A stretch of 63,602 nucleotides of DNA, the filler included, from Octopus bimaculoides (lineage: Eukaryota): the NCBI RefSeq assembly GCF_001194135.2. It is 6 parts of 5 records of this genome, joined end to end, with 100 filler letters (N's around TTAATTAATTAA, not from the genome) between each part and the next. Parts side by side here need not be neighbours in the genome. Positions count along the whole stretch, not along the records: positions 1 to 12,861 come from NC_068995.1; positions 12,962 to 24,674 come from NC_068989.1; 4 more parts are not named here. One strand, 5' to 3'. Within the stretch, counting starts at the first letter, position 1. Each line of letters opens with the position of its first letter. The notes under the pieces are model-generated. The model saw only the letters and a list, made by a program, of their open reading frames with translations, was not told where the DNA came from and did not search any database. Shown one piece after another: positions 12,562 through 23,688 of the stretch. Made by a program: the position numbers and the translations under genes.

Positions 12562-12961
12562 ATATATATATATATATATATGCATACATATATATACATA
12601 TATACATATATACATATATAATGAATGTATGTATGTTAACACGGTCACAAAGAAATATATTCTCATTTTCTCACTCTTCTTGCTCGTCTCTCTCCTATCT
12701 CTCTTTCTCCTTTTTCTATCATTTCTTTCATCATTCCTTCTCTATCTCTCTCCATTTAAATGTGTATTTACCTATCTCTGCCTATGTATATACGTATGTC
12801 TGTGTGAGTGTATGTAACCGTATATACACTGGATTATGCACCCCCCCCACACACACATATANNNNNNNNNNNNNNNNNNNNNNNNNNNNNNNNNNNNNNN
12901 NNNNNTTAATTAATTAANNNNNNNNNNNNNNNNNNNNNNNNNNNNNNNNNNNNNNNNNNNN

Positions 12962-13462
12962 TGGTATCACGTCGGGTGCGTGTCTGAATCACATCGGGCG
13001 CGTGTTCGAATCACGTCGGTTGTACAGATCAGAAGGGCTGTATGAATCGAATCACGTCGGGGTCACCAATTGTAGGGAAGTGGTTATACACCATTAGGTG
13101 TACTCCGCTTCCGTACATTAAATTTCTTGAAGAAACAACGGAACGCAGATTCTGAACTATCAACACAACAATATTTATTACAATAGAATTCGGCAGCACT
13201 TCGCCCTTTGGTTACTGAGACGCCGTCAATGAAGTTGCGTGGTTATTTGTGTAGCTCCAGAGTTGGAATGTTGGAGAGAGGTTGCTGCGACGTCTAGGCT
13301 CTTCGTCGGGCAGCGACAAAAGAGGGTGAAAGAAGCGGGAACGTTTGGATATCGATGACTACGCATGCGCATGAGACTCTTCCTGTATACCTTCCGGAAC
13401 TAGTCCCTGCGCATGCGTGGATAAAACTCCAGAAATGTCGTCTGCTATAAGTCGTCACTACA
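12962..13462 (-). mobile_element. Gypsy-type 5' LTR (13071-13462) with tRNA-Trp PBS (13051-13068); internal part lost in the gap
   Basis: LTR bounded by TGTAG...CTACA, with a minus-strand AATAAA at ~13164. After a 2-nt spacer comes TGGTGACCCCGACGTGAT, complementary to the conserved tRNA-Trp 3' end ATCACGTCGGGGTCA-CCA. Confidence 0.8.
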
Positions 13463-13494
13463 GGTTATTTCCCTTGGAAGCTTAAAAATAATTA

Positions 13495-13692
13495 CTCCTG
13501 CTGTTCACTCACGCCCAAATGTTATTCCTCCCGCCGTTTACCCGAACATTTTTTAAAAATCAATTTATACTTAAAACCTCCCCAGACACATAAGCAATGT
13601 GCGTGTGAAGTTTAAGAAAAATCGGTCAAGCCATTTTGGTGCAAAATGAGGACACACACACACACATTTTCAGTTTTAATATGTAAGATTTA
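13495..13692 (+). repeat. Helentron/HINE-like short repeat (related pieces at 53330-53451, 44113-44290, 21625-21815)
   Basis: Pattern GTG(T)GAAGTTT..AAAAATCGGTCAAGCC...(CA)n..TTTTAATAT.TA(A)GAT resembles DINE-1/HINE-type ends; family assignment is by resemblance only. Confidence 0.4.
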
Positions 13693-13866
13693 TCTCTTTG
13701 GTCACTTGTTCATTTTTTATGCATACGCGTTGTACATTTCATTCGATTGCATGGCTTTTTCGCTGCATGTTTATCCATAAATGTGTCGTATTAAGGGGAA
13801 ATTAGGGAAAAGGAGAATTGAGGATTTCTTCCCTGTTGATTTGGAGGAAGTGTTTGTCACCACGCA

Positions 13867-14860
13867 TGTGGTTGTTTCCTTCTCTTCATCGTACATGCAC
13901 ATCTTCACTTCACACTGTCTAACTGCACTCTCGATCTTCCTGTCTCTGCTGCGCGTGCTCTCTTCAGCACTTCCATCCTCAGGGTCTCCTGATGGGGCCT
14001 ACTCACTCTCCCACTTCCGTCTTCACCACAGCTTCAACTCAATACCACATGCACCCCTGATCTAACAATCACTATCACTCACATCCCTTTCATAGTCTTC
14101 CAGTCATTTAGGTGGATGACGCTCTCTTCGGGATCGTCGCAAGGATGCAATGTCATCCTCTCCCTCTCTTTGTTCATCGTCACTGGAGGAGCTCACAACC
14201 CTCATGACGTCTAGTATGTGACACGGCATTCCTTCCATCGATACGTTATTACGATAGTTCACTGCTGTCACCCTTCCTTTCTCCCACTGAGCTGTACATC
14301 GCGCATCGGGGGGTTCACCCACACTTCTTTCCCAATTTGGACACTTGCTGACTGTTCTTCCCCAGAGGGTCGCGGTTCCACATTCGGATGCCTCCATTTG
14401 TATCTAAACACTGCCTTTTGCAGGACCATCTACCCAGTCTGTCCTGACCTTGTCGACATATTGTACCAAAACACTACTTCGATGGGAGAAATCTTCCCAC
14501 CCTCAGCCATGGCTTTGATTGTGTGATGGTGATGTTCCACAATCCCATTCCCGCCAGGCTTATATGCTGCTCTGAAGAAACGTCTGGTATTCCTTTGGTT
14601 GAGCATTTCTTTCAACTGCACCGAGCGAAACACTGTGCTGTTGTCCATCAACAGCTTATCACCTGGCTCCCTCTCCAGGAATACTGCATTGAGAACCTCT
14701 ACAGTCTTAGCCGCAGCTCCTATCCTAATTTCCTTCCCTATTGCCATCCGTCCTGGCCCACAGTCAACCACTGAGATGTACTGCCTTCCCCGATAATGAA
14801 TCATATCTATCACCAACCTCTTCCAATCTTCTCCAACCTGAATCATTGCCAGTACCCGCC
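13867..14860 (-). mobile_element. Gypsy retrotransposon 3' remnant: integrase core + C-terminus, PPT-like tract and putative 183-bp LTR (13867-14049)
   Basis: ORF 14430-14885 has an rve-like D..D(DNSTVF)..E(GNGIVE) core. ORF 14104-14397 continues the C-terminus (..LRRSRRERHPP). Minus CAGGGGTGCA precedes TGTGGT...ACCACA. Confidence 0.75.
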
Positions 14861-15068
14861 TGACTGGCCCTTGTGCCGGTGGCACGTAAAAGCACCCACT
14901 ACACTCTCGGAGTGGTTGGCGTTAGGAAGGGCCTCCAGCTGTAGAAACTCTGCCAAATCAGATTGGAGCCTGGTGCCGCCTCCTGGTCCACCAGTCCTCA
15001 GTCAAATCGTCCAACCCATGCTAGCATGGAAAGCGGACATTAAACGACGACGACGACGATGATGATGA
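14861..15068 (+). mobile_element. SINE family C 3' part with (GAC/GAT)n tail, abutting the truncated integrase
   Basis: GGAGTGGTTGGCGTTAGGAAGGGC.TCCAGCTGTAGAAACTCTGCCAAATCAGATTGGAGCC...CCAACCCATGCTAGCATGGAAAG; copies at 43941, 48803, 61467, 61868. Confidence 0.9.
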
Positions 15069-15289
15069 TTTCTTGACGCCTAAAAACTTCTGATATATTT
15101 CGTTTTTATTTTCATTTTACTTGTTGCAATCATTAAACTGAGGCCATGCTGGGGCATCACCTCGTAGAATTTTTAGTCGAATGTATCGACTCCAATATTT
15201 TTCAAAATGATTTTCAGCAAGCACATAGTTAAGCCTAAAAGGTCTTTCTACATGCTGGAGATAACAGCCAAATCTTTAAATATTATTTT

Positions 15290-16020
15290 AAAATAATTTC
15301 AAATAAACATCGACCATGAAGCTGACAGTGTGTCTTCTCAACAATTCGATCATTTCGTTTTGCAGTGCTGCTGAGGTATAGGTCACATTTTGGGGGGGAA
15401 TTGTGCTGTAACATTCCAATAGCTTTGAGTCTTTCTCTAATGTGTACTGGAATAATTTCATAAAAAAGACCACAAAGCTGCATGTCATCTTCTGAATAAA
15501 GATCCTGAAAAGCTTCATTTTCGTTTCCTTGGAAAGGCAATTCATTTGCACAAAGAAAATGAACAATATCAACAATGGAACTGATATAATAACGGTTTTT
15601 GCTCAACTGATCATTTTGCAAGATTGAAGACATGGATGTTGTTGTGAATAAACGCTGTTGGCGTTCCATGTTACCATAGCTTGGATATGGGATGCAGAGT
15701 TTGCGTGCTTATTTAAACCTTTGTTTTTTTTTTCTTTTGTATGATGCCAATTAGAATATCCATTTTTAATAAAACAAGTTTCAGCTTAAGCAGAAGTATT
15801 AAAGTGCCGACAAGCAAAGCAAAACAAGGCTCTCTTTGAAAGAGAATACTCTAACCATAAACGACCAGTATACCAGCTTGACGAGAAGTCACGTCTCTGA
15901 TTTCCATAAATTTTTGGATTAAACTTTGCTAGAACTGGCTGCACTGGTTGGCAGTCGACCAGGCCTAGATCAACCAATGAGGATGTCAAAGACTTTGCAA
16001 GACCTCCTTTGAGCTGCGAA
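15290..16020 (-). mobile_element. Decayed hAT-superfamily transposase (ZnF-TTF + DUF4371-like, ZMYM1-like)
   Basis: RRDFSSSWYTGRLWLEYSLSKRALFCFACRHF (TTF-type zinc finger), then IVDIVHFLCANELPFQG...TYTSAALQNEMIE; frameshifted. Confidence 0.75.
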
Positions 16021-16699
16021 ACTTAGTTTGCAATTCTCTTCTGAATTATTAGGTGAATCAGATTGGAAATTCAGTTCTCTTTTTCGGTAGTGATTCATTA
16101 TTTTTGGGCACTGATATTTGCAATAATGAATTCTATGGTAGAATATCGTAGTAAGAGTAACAGTTTCTTAAAATTTATGTATTTTAAAATTAAACTCGTA
16201 AGAGATTTCGGTTCAAGCAATATTTTTTTCAATTTCTTCAAGGCTATGCTTTTTTAGTTACAGTCATTTATAATATTTCGTTGTAGCAAAATACGAAGCT
16301 ACGGCTAAAGATAATAGAAGATATAAAAATTTTGATGACAAGTTTATTTTTATAAAACCTTAGATAGTTGTAATCGAAGAATGTTTGTAGTAGTTTGGGT
16401 AAAAAGTTACATTCTAATTCACTGATAACGGTAAGTTGACAAATATTTGTTTGAAGATATCCTTGTGTGCTATTGTATTTGACGCTATTAGTATTTTGCG
16501 TTGAACTCCCATTCAAAGACATTGCTGTCGTCCTCGGCCAAATGTGTTTGAAGATATTAGTTGTTTGCTATATATTTTAGAATAAAAGCCCATAACATTA
16601 TTGGGTGAGATATTTTACTTCAGTAATTCTATAGAAGTAAAACCATTTAACATCGTTGGAAAAAAGATATTTTAATGATAGTTTGTCGGTTAATATATA

Positions 16700-17225
16700 A
16701 TTTAACCCGGTCACCAAAATAAAAACAAAAAACCCCAGCCTAATAGGTGTAAAAAATATGTAGAAGACTAATATGAAAACAAAATTTTGCGGAAACGAAC
16801 GTGGGTGGGGAGAGGACTTTCGGAAGATTCACACAATACAATTTTTTTCCCTCATAACTTTCAGGAAAATGGATATCTTTTAACGAAATTTTACATAAAT
16901 ATCTTTCAAACGGCATAGATTACGATTATAAAGAAATTTGTGGGGAAAATGTTTTCTGAAGGGTGGGGAGAGGATTTTCAGAAAATTCGCACGATCCGAT
17001 TTTCCCCCTCAACTCTCAGGATCTAGTTTAGCACCCGGTCGCTAAAAAAATGTGTAGGAAACAAATATGGAAATAAAAATTTGCGCAAACGAACGGGTGA
17101 AGAAGAGGAAATTTCGGAAAATTCATAAAATTCGAGTATATCCCGCATAACTTTCAGGAAAATGCATATCTATTAATGGAATTTTATAGAAATACCTTTC
17201 AAATGGTATAGATTACGATTAAGGT
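16700..17225. repeat. Two diverged ~200-bp direct units (about 16750-16935 and 17045-17225)
   Basis: Shared AAAAAAT.TGTAG.A.AC.AATATG.AAA.AAAATTT.GC..AAACGAACG...CATAACTTTCAGGAAAATG.ATATCT...ATAGATTACGATTA. Confidence 0.8.
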
Positions 17226-17559
17226 AATTCCCAGGTAGTTGGGAATTTGGGATTTTAAGTGGTCCACCAGTCAGCTTGGATGTGGTGTCCTCTAACTTTA
17301 ACCCTTTCGGAGTAATGAAGAACAGTGTTAACAAAATATAAAACATCCTTTGATGCAGGTAGAAGAATCTTTATATTATTGTTTGACCTTTTAAAATGGC
17401 ATCTAATTTTCGCTCAAATTAACCCCTACAATCCTGAAAAATGATGGATATGTTGGACTAGTTCAAATGTTCAGATAAAGGTTTATATCTTCAGTTTATT
17501 AACATTGAAATGTAGTAACATTTTCCTTGTTGAATCTCCTCTTCTTTATATCCTCCCAA

Positions 17560-17589
17560 CTTATACAGTATTTATCATTTCTATTTCAG
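17560..17589 (+). promoter_or_regulatory. Candidate 3' splice acceptor upstream of the ZNF coding exon
   Basis: Pyrimidine-rich tract ending TTCTATTTCAG at 17589, 330 bp before the ATG; implies upstream non-coding exon(s). Confidence 0.5.
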
Positions 17590-17919
17590 AATATTGGATG
17601 AGAGTATCATCAGTTTTTATCATTTATTAAAGACACAAAACAGATGTTATGCAGAACTATTATGGCACTGTTTATGTAAATTTGTGGTGAATTAGGGTGA
17701 AATATTTCTTCAGATCACTTGTTAGCAGCTTATGTTTACTTCATTGTCTGACCTGTTTTCAAGATAAATTCACAACCTTAGGGAAAATTTCCCCCCAAAA
17801 ATGCATTTTCTTCACAAATTGTGAAGCGTAAATATAGCAGTAGAAATATTTTTTTGTTATTCACTATTAAAACACAAAGCAGAACAGCATCCATATATTA
17901 TTGCGTAATATAAAAAATT

Positions 17920-19599
17920 ATGGAGAAAGAAATATGTGAGAACCAGCAAAAATGCAAATCACAATCAAAAGTGATTGATTTTCCTAATGAGGATTTGAAA
18001 CTGAAAGGGACATCATACAACTGTGATACTAGTAAAGATTCATCCACTACAAAAAGTAACCTAGCTATTCAAAAACGTGCTAATAGAGAGAAATACTATC
18101 ACTGTGATATCTGTGGTAAGTTATTCTCTCGAAAAGATGATGTTGTTATTCACAAACGTATTCATACAGGAGAGAAACCTTATCACTGTGAGATTTGTGG
18201 TAAATCATTCTCTGTAAATAGTACCTTAACTAAACATAAACGCGTCCATACAGGAGAGAAGCCATATCATTGTGATGTTTGTGGGTATTCATGCTCAGAA
18301 AAAGGTGCTTTGACTCAACATGGACGGGTTCACACTGGTGTGAAACCATACCATTGTGATGTCTGTAACAAATCATTTGCTCAAAGAAGTAGTTTAACTA
18401 AACACAAAGTTATTCATACAGGAGAGAAGCCTTATCGCTGTAATATCTGTGGAAAGTCATTCTCTTCAAACTTGACCATTCATAAACGTGTTCATACAGG
18501 TGAAAAGCCATATCACTGTGATGTGTGTGATAAATCATTTGCTCAGTCTAATGATTTAACTAAACACAAACGTATTCATACAGGAGAGAGACCATATCAG
18601 TGTGATATTTGTGGTAAATCTTTCTCTGCATGTACTCAGTTAATTATTCATAAACGTGTTCATACAGGAAGGAAACCATATCGTTGTGATATTTGTGGTA
18701 AATCTTTCTCTCAAGGCAGTTACTTAATTCCTCATAAACGTATTCATACAGGTGAGAAGCCATATTGCTGTACTATCTGTGGCAAATCATTCTCTCATGA
18801 ATCGTCTTTTACAAGTCACCAACGTATTCATACAGGACAGAAGCCCTACAACTGTGATATCTGTGATAAATCATTCTCACGAAATGATTACTTAACTAAC
18901 CACAAACGCATTCATACAGGAGAGAAACCTTATCATTGTGATATTTGTGGTAAATCTTTCTCTCTATATTGTCACATAAGGATTCATAAACGCATTCATA
19001 CAGGAGAAAAGCCCTATCGTTGTAATATCTGTGGTAAATCATTCCCACAGACATGTGGATTAACTACTCATAAACGAATTCATACAGGAGAAAAACCATA
19101 TCAATGTGATATTTGTGGTAAATCATTCACTGTAAATAGTACCTTAACAAAACACAATCGTATACATACAGGAATAAAACCCTATCACTGTGATATCTGT
19201 GGTAAATCATTCCTGCATGCACAAGCCTTAACTAAACACAAACTCATACATACAGGAGAGAAGCCATATCGCTGTAATATCTGTGGTAAATTCTTCTCTG
19301 AAGGAGGTGCTTTAACTAAACATAAACGCATTCACACAGGAGAAAAGCCTTTTCACTGTGATATCTGTGGTAAATACTTCTCTGATAGCAGTAGCTTAAC
19401 TAAACATAAACGTTTACATACAGGAGAAAAGCCATATCACTGTGATATCTGTGGTAAATCATTCTCTGAAAGTGGTAAATTAACTAAACATAAACGTGTA
19501 CATACAGGAGAGAAGCCTTATCAGTGTAATATCTGTGGAAAAGCTTATTCTAAAAAATGTTCTTTGGTTAAACACAAATGCAATCCTACAAAAGGCTAA
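17920..19599 (+). CDS. Tandem C2H2 (Kruppel-type) zinc-finger protein, 559 aa; 17 fingers (finger 5 shortened) plus a degenerate terminal finger; no KRAB/SCAN domain visible
   Basis: Uninterrupted ORF with repeated YxCxxCGKSF..LxxHxRxH and TGEKP linkers. Confidence 0.95.
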   Translation: MEKEICENQQKCKSQSKVIDFPNEDLKLKGTSYNCDTSKDSSTTKSNLAIQKRANREKYYHCDICGKLFSRKDDVVIHKRIHTGEKPYHCEICGKSFSVNSTLTKHKRVHTGEKPYHCDVCGYSCSEKGALTQHGRVHTGVKPYHCDVCNKSFAQRSSLTKHKVIHTGEKPYRCNICGKSFSSNLTIHKRVHTGEKPYHCDVCDKSFAQSNDLTKHKRIHTGERPYQCDICGKSFSACTQLIIHKRVHTGRKPYRCDICGKSFSQGSYLIPHKRIHTGEKPYCCTICGKSFSHESSFTSHQRIHTGQKPYNCDICDKSFSRNDYLTNHKRIHTGEKPYHCDICGKSFSLYCHIRIHKRIHTGEKPYRCNICGKSFPQTCGLTTHKRIHTGEKPYQCDICGKSFTVNSTLTKHNRIHTGIKPYHCDICGKSFLHAQALTKHKLIHTGEKPYRCNICGKFFSEGGALTKHKRIHTGEKPFHCDICGKYFSDSSSLTKHKRLHTGEKPYHCDICGKSFSESGKLTKHKRVHTGEKPYQCNICGKAYSKKCSLVKHKCNPTKG

Positions 19600-19728
19600 A
19601 ATTATTCATGTCAAAAGTCAGTAAATGTATTCACTGAAGGAACAAGATGTATGGAATAGTAACGTCTGAACAGTATATATAGTACTCAAATGTGTCTTGG
19701 TGAAATGTCTTACAACTGTAATATTTTC

Positions 19729-19734
19729 AATAAA
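19729..19734 (+). promoter_or_regulatory. Candidate polyadenylation signal for the ZNF gene
   Basis: AATAAA 130 bp after the stop codon, followed by a T/GT-rich sequence. Confidence 0.4.
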
Positions 19735-19799
19735 AGCATTATTTCTGTGGACTTGTGTATATTCTAACTGATTTCTGGAAGGAATGTTATTGTGTACAC

Positions 19800-21470
19800 C
19801 TAAAAGAAGATGCCTCATTTTTATTCACCTTTGGTGAAGGCAGCTTTGACCAGGAAGAACTGATGTCATCATACAGTATCCAATGGTCATTAGGTGTTTT
19901 AACCCTGAACCATAACCCCCTCCTGATGCTGGGTCTGCAGATGTGGTCAATCCACCGTGCACCATCTCCTCCTGGCTTCAGCTTAACTCCTTGCTCTTGA
20001 ATTCATAACCAACTACCTCTCCCATCCTGTTCACAGCTACCTTTTACTCCTTTCCTCTCATGACTGTAATTAACCTCAACCAGAAATAGTCATGATTGCC
20101 ATCCCTTCTCCCACTAATTCTGAAGAAGTTTCTGATGTTGACTTTCTCCCATTCAAAGGCTTGACTGCAACCTACTTTCCACAGGGCTGTATGCTTATTT
20201 TCATTTTCTTTTCAGACTACAAAGCTACATGTGGCCTCAGGGTTGTCTGGCTGATCCAGGCAAGCTGCAATCTTTCCTCCCAGTTCTACTTTTATATCCT
20301 CTGACTGGGCCCCATGTAGTAGACTGCTTGTCCTTTTTGCTCTCCTTACTAACTTTTCTCCTTCCTTCACAAACTTGATTACTGGAGCTGTTTTCCCCTG
20401 ATATTAGTTTTTCTTGCATCTTTCCTGTTTCATGCTGTGAGGAATTGCAAGCAGAAGCAGAAGTGCTGTTTTGCATCCTGACATGTGCCAGGGTGCTGCT
20501 CACTCCACAAAGTCTACACAGTTGATCCCCTTTCATTCTCCATCTGTGCAGGTTTGTTGGTGTTGGGAGTGCCAATACACTGCCTGCTGTAGAAAGGAGA
20601 TGCAGAAAGGTTCTAATCTCCATGGGTCAGTCCATGTGACCTCTTTGGAACTCCATGGATACTAGCCAATCAGCTCTTGACCTTTCTTCCTCTTGGTCCT
20701 GTACTGTTGCTTGGATCATAGCCTCCTTTCCTTCATTTCTGCTTTCTTCCATTATTGGAAATGGGAAGAACTGAGACCCTGCTACCCTGTTCCTGTAATT
20801 CCAATGATGTCACTTAACTTCAGCATGCTTTCAGCCTGTACAACTGTGGTGCTGGCTACCCACTTTCATCCTTGTGGTTATACCAGTATGTCTGACATGC
20901 TTAATGTGGGCGTCCCTATACATCTTTACATCTCTACACTTCATGATATTGAATTCCTTGACCATGAATGGCAGAAGAAATTGGTTTTGTCCAGATCTCA
21001 TGTCCAGGCATTTTGATGTGCAACTTGGAGGGATACCCAGCCACCTTCAGAAGTACTTGTTCATGTTCCTCTCCACTCTTTCTCTTCTTGTCAGTAGAAC
21101 CTCATACACTTGGGAACAGTCTGTGTTGGTAGATCTTTGCTTTGTATTTTCTTCTGTCACAGAGTGAATTATCAAACCATTTCACAAGGTATTTGATTGG
21201 ATTTCCTCTTGATGGAACAGGCACATGCAGCCTGATTCTGTTTGTTAATTTGCTTTCCCTGATCACCATACTCCTAGATTTCTTATGCTTAAACTTCATT
21301 CTAGCCCATGCTGGCATATGTTCAAGTGAAGTCGGTACCCATTCCAACTCCATACGTTGTTCATTATCTGAATCCATTGTTGGTCCTTGGACTTCTTTAT
21401 CAGCAGATGTTATATGGAAGTTCGTTCCCATGATGAAAAGGATGGAGGAAATCGTTTATTTCAAATTATG
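19800..21470 (-). mobile_element. Decayed RLE-type LINE (HERO/NeSL-like): RT C-terminus, CCHC knuckle, RLE relic
   Basis: WARMKFKHKKSRSMVI...NPIKYLVKWFDNSL; LPTPTNLHRW..CRLCG..TLAHV; frameshifted TTLRP(H)VAL(*)SEK resembling T.LRPDIVLWS. Confidence 0.7.
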
Positions 21471-21830
21471 AATGAAAACCTGATAAATGTCATCATCATC
21501 ATCATTATTATACGGACATGTTGACATCGGCTCCGAAGGTAATCTTTATTCTTGACCATTTATTGCCCACATATTATCATTTTTGTCTATAAGGTGTGTG
21601 AAGCACCCAACTTTTGTTTTATTGTGTTTCCAAGGTAGGAATTGGCCCTTAGGGGCAGTTTCAACCTCTTTTAAATTCATATATTTTCTTCCCGACATTG
21701 AAAAATGTCGAGAAATGTCATAGAACGCTGGTCAGACTCTTTCATGGACCAGCATTTTCCTAGGCTTGAAACGCTAGGAGAACAAAAAAATAAGTCATGC
21801 ATGCGCACACACACCAAATCAACAACAGTC

Positions 21831-23631
21831 ATGGAAAAAAACAAATGAATCAACAAGTATTACAGACTTTAAAGTGAACGCTGTCAACATCATGGATACT
21901 GCAACCACGACTGTTAACAGCTCTGTCACCACCACCAACACCAACACCACCACGACTACCACTACTACCACTGCCACTACCAATACCAGCAACAACAACA
22001 ACACCAACAGCAGCAGTTCAACTGAACCTTTGCTCTCTTCACCAGCAGCAACCAAAGGAGAGAAGGAAAAAATGAAAACAGCTAAATGAATAGCTGTTTT
22101 CTTTTCAAATAAAGAAAACCTACGCACCTTTCCCACAGCAAATAAAACTAACAATACAGAAAAAGAAAAAACATCACAACACCACTGACACAGTCACAAG
22201 TGCCACATCTGCCACCAACACCAGCACCAGCAGCAACAATAACAAAAAACCAAACTTTGCTGAAGCTTTGAAGCAAAAGGAAACAATTGTGTCTTATACC
22301 ACACAACAGATAATACAAATGAAAAAATTAATAACAAAAGAAAATAATGAAGTCCAATTAAACATCGCCGAACAAACATTACAAGTCATAAACAAAAGGA
22401 CCATCATATACAAAGTTATTAACACAAAAAGTAGGAGGCCAGAACAGGCCAGTACAGACAAGATTGAGAAATGTTTGCACTCAATTTGGTCTGACAAACA
22501 ACATATCACTTGGTGGCATAAATTTGCCCATGTCCAAGTGATTTTTCGAAATGAAGAGTTAGCAAAGAAATTTTCAACGCTAACTCTTCAAACACAAGAA
22601 ATAACAATGATACCTAGTTACCTTGGCCAAAGGGTAACAAAGGTAACAATAAAACACACACCTCCAACAATAGACACACTATGGTTGCTATCGGCCATAT
22701 GTGTCGACATGGAGAACATAAATATCCTCCAAATCACCGTTGGAGAAAACAACAACTGGACAGGAAAAACAATACAAATCCTGTTCCACATAAACGAAAA
22801 AGAAATCCAGAAAATTCCACCTTACATCCGTGTGTCACCAGATCAAAAATTATATGTAGTGGTAGAGGGCAGGCGGCCTCGCTGTTATTTATGCGACAGC
22901 GAAGCACACCTCAAAAAGGAGTGTCCGATTGCCCTAAAAAAACGACAACAACAAGAACTAACAAAACCTATAAAAAAAACCTTGCTGCCCACACCACCAT
23001 CCGCACAAAAAGCAACATCAACAATGGAAAAAACTACAAATACTGCAAAATTAACAAAGAAGAAGAAAAAAGAAAAGACAATACAAAAACTGATCCCCCT
23101 TCCCCCACATCACATACACCACAACCAAAAATTCAACATCCAACAACAACAACACAACCACTTACACAAGCAAACACAGATCCATATAATATGCCCCTAC
23201 CCCCTTCCGATTCCTCAGATATTTCGTCTGAAGACGAAAGTAGCAAAGAATGGCAAATAGCCAGGAAAGGAAGGAGGAAAAGGGGAAAAAAAAGATCAAA
23301 GACAAACACAAACAAAGCAGGGAGATTCACATCTCCCGAAAATACTTCCAACTCCAACATGATCGACACCAATAGTAACATACCAAAAACAATGCTCACA
23401 GCAATAGACACTACAAACACAGAGTTGATGAAATACATCAACTCAAAAACAAACCTTAGAAATAACAACATTAAAACAAACAATCACCCACACACAACAC
23501 CACCAAAACACATAAAAATATACCACATAACACCAGCATTGCACCACCAAATAAAATCCCTCTACCCCAATGCGGTAGGGGGGTGCCAAAAATATTTGTG
23601 CAAGAAATTGTACAACAGCCTCCTTGGTTAA
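21831..23631 (+). mobile_element. Tx1/L1-clade LINE ORF1 (gag-like, CCHC zinc knuckle), frameshifted
   Basis: ORF 22268-23260 contains VEGRRPRCYLCDSEAHLKKECP (Cx2Cx4Hx4C); a basic/low-complexity tail continues in the 22681-23631 frame. Confidence 0.75.
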
Positions 23632-23688
23632 AAATCCAAGGAGGAGACGAAACTTTCAAACAGTAAGTAACTCTCTGTTCCTTTCTTT

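Noticed and set aside
12906-12917. TTAATTAATTAA islands inside N runs (also 24719-24730, 43813-43824, 53150-53161, 62151-62162)
   Set aside because: An identical all-frame-stop 12-mer centred in fixed-length N padding is an artificial scaffold linker, not biology. It also makes cross-linker adjacency unreliable.
13071-14860. Single Gypsy element comprising the 13071 LTR and the 14430 integrase
   Set aside because: Order and orientation are incompatible (the integrase lies upstream of that 5' LTR) and the two LTR candidates are not similar.
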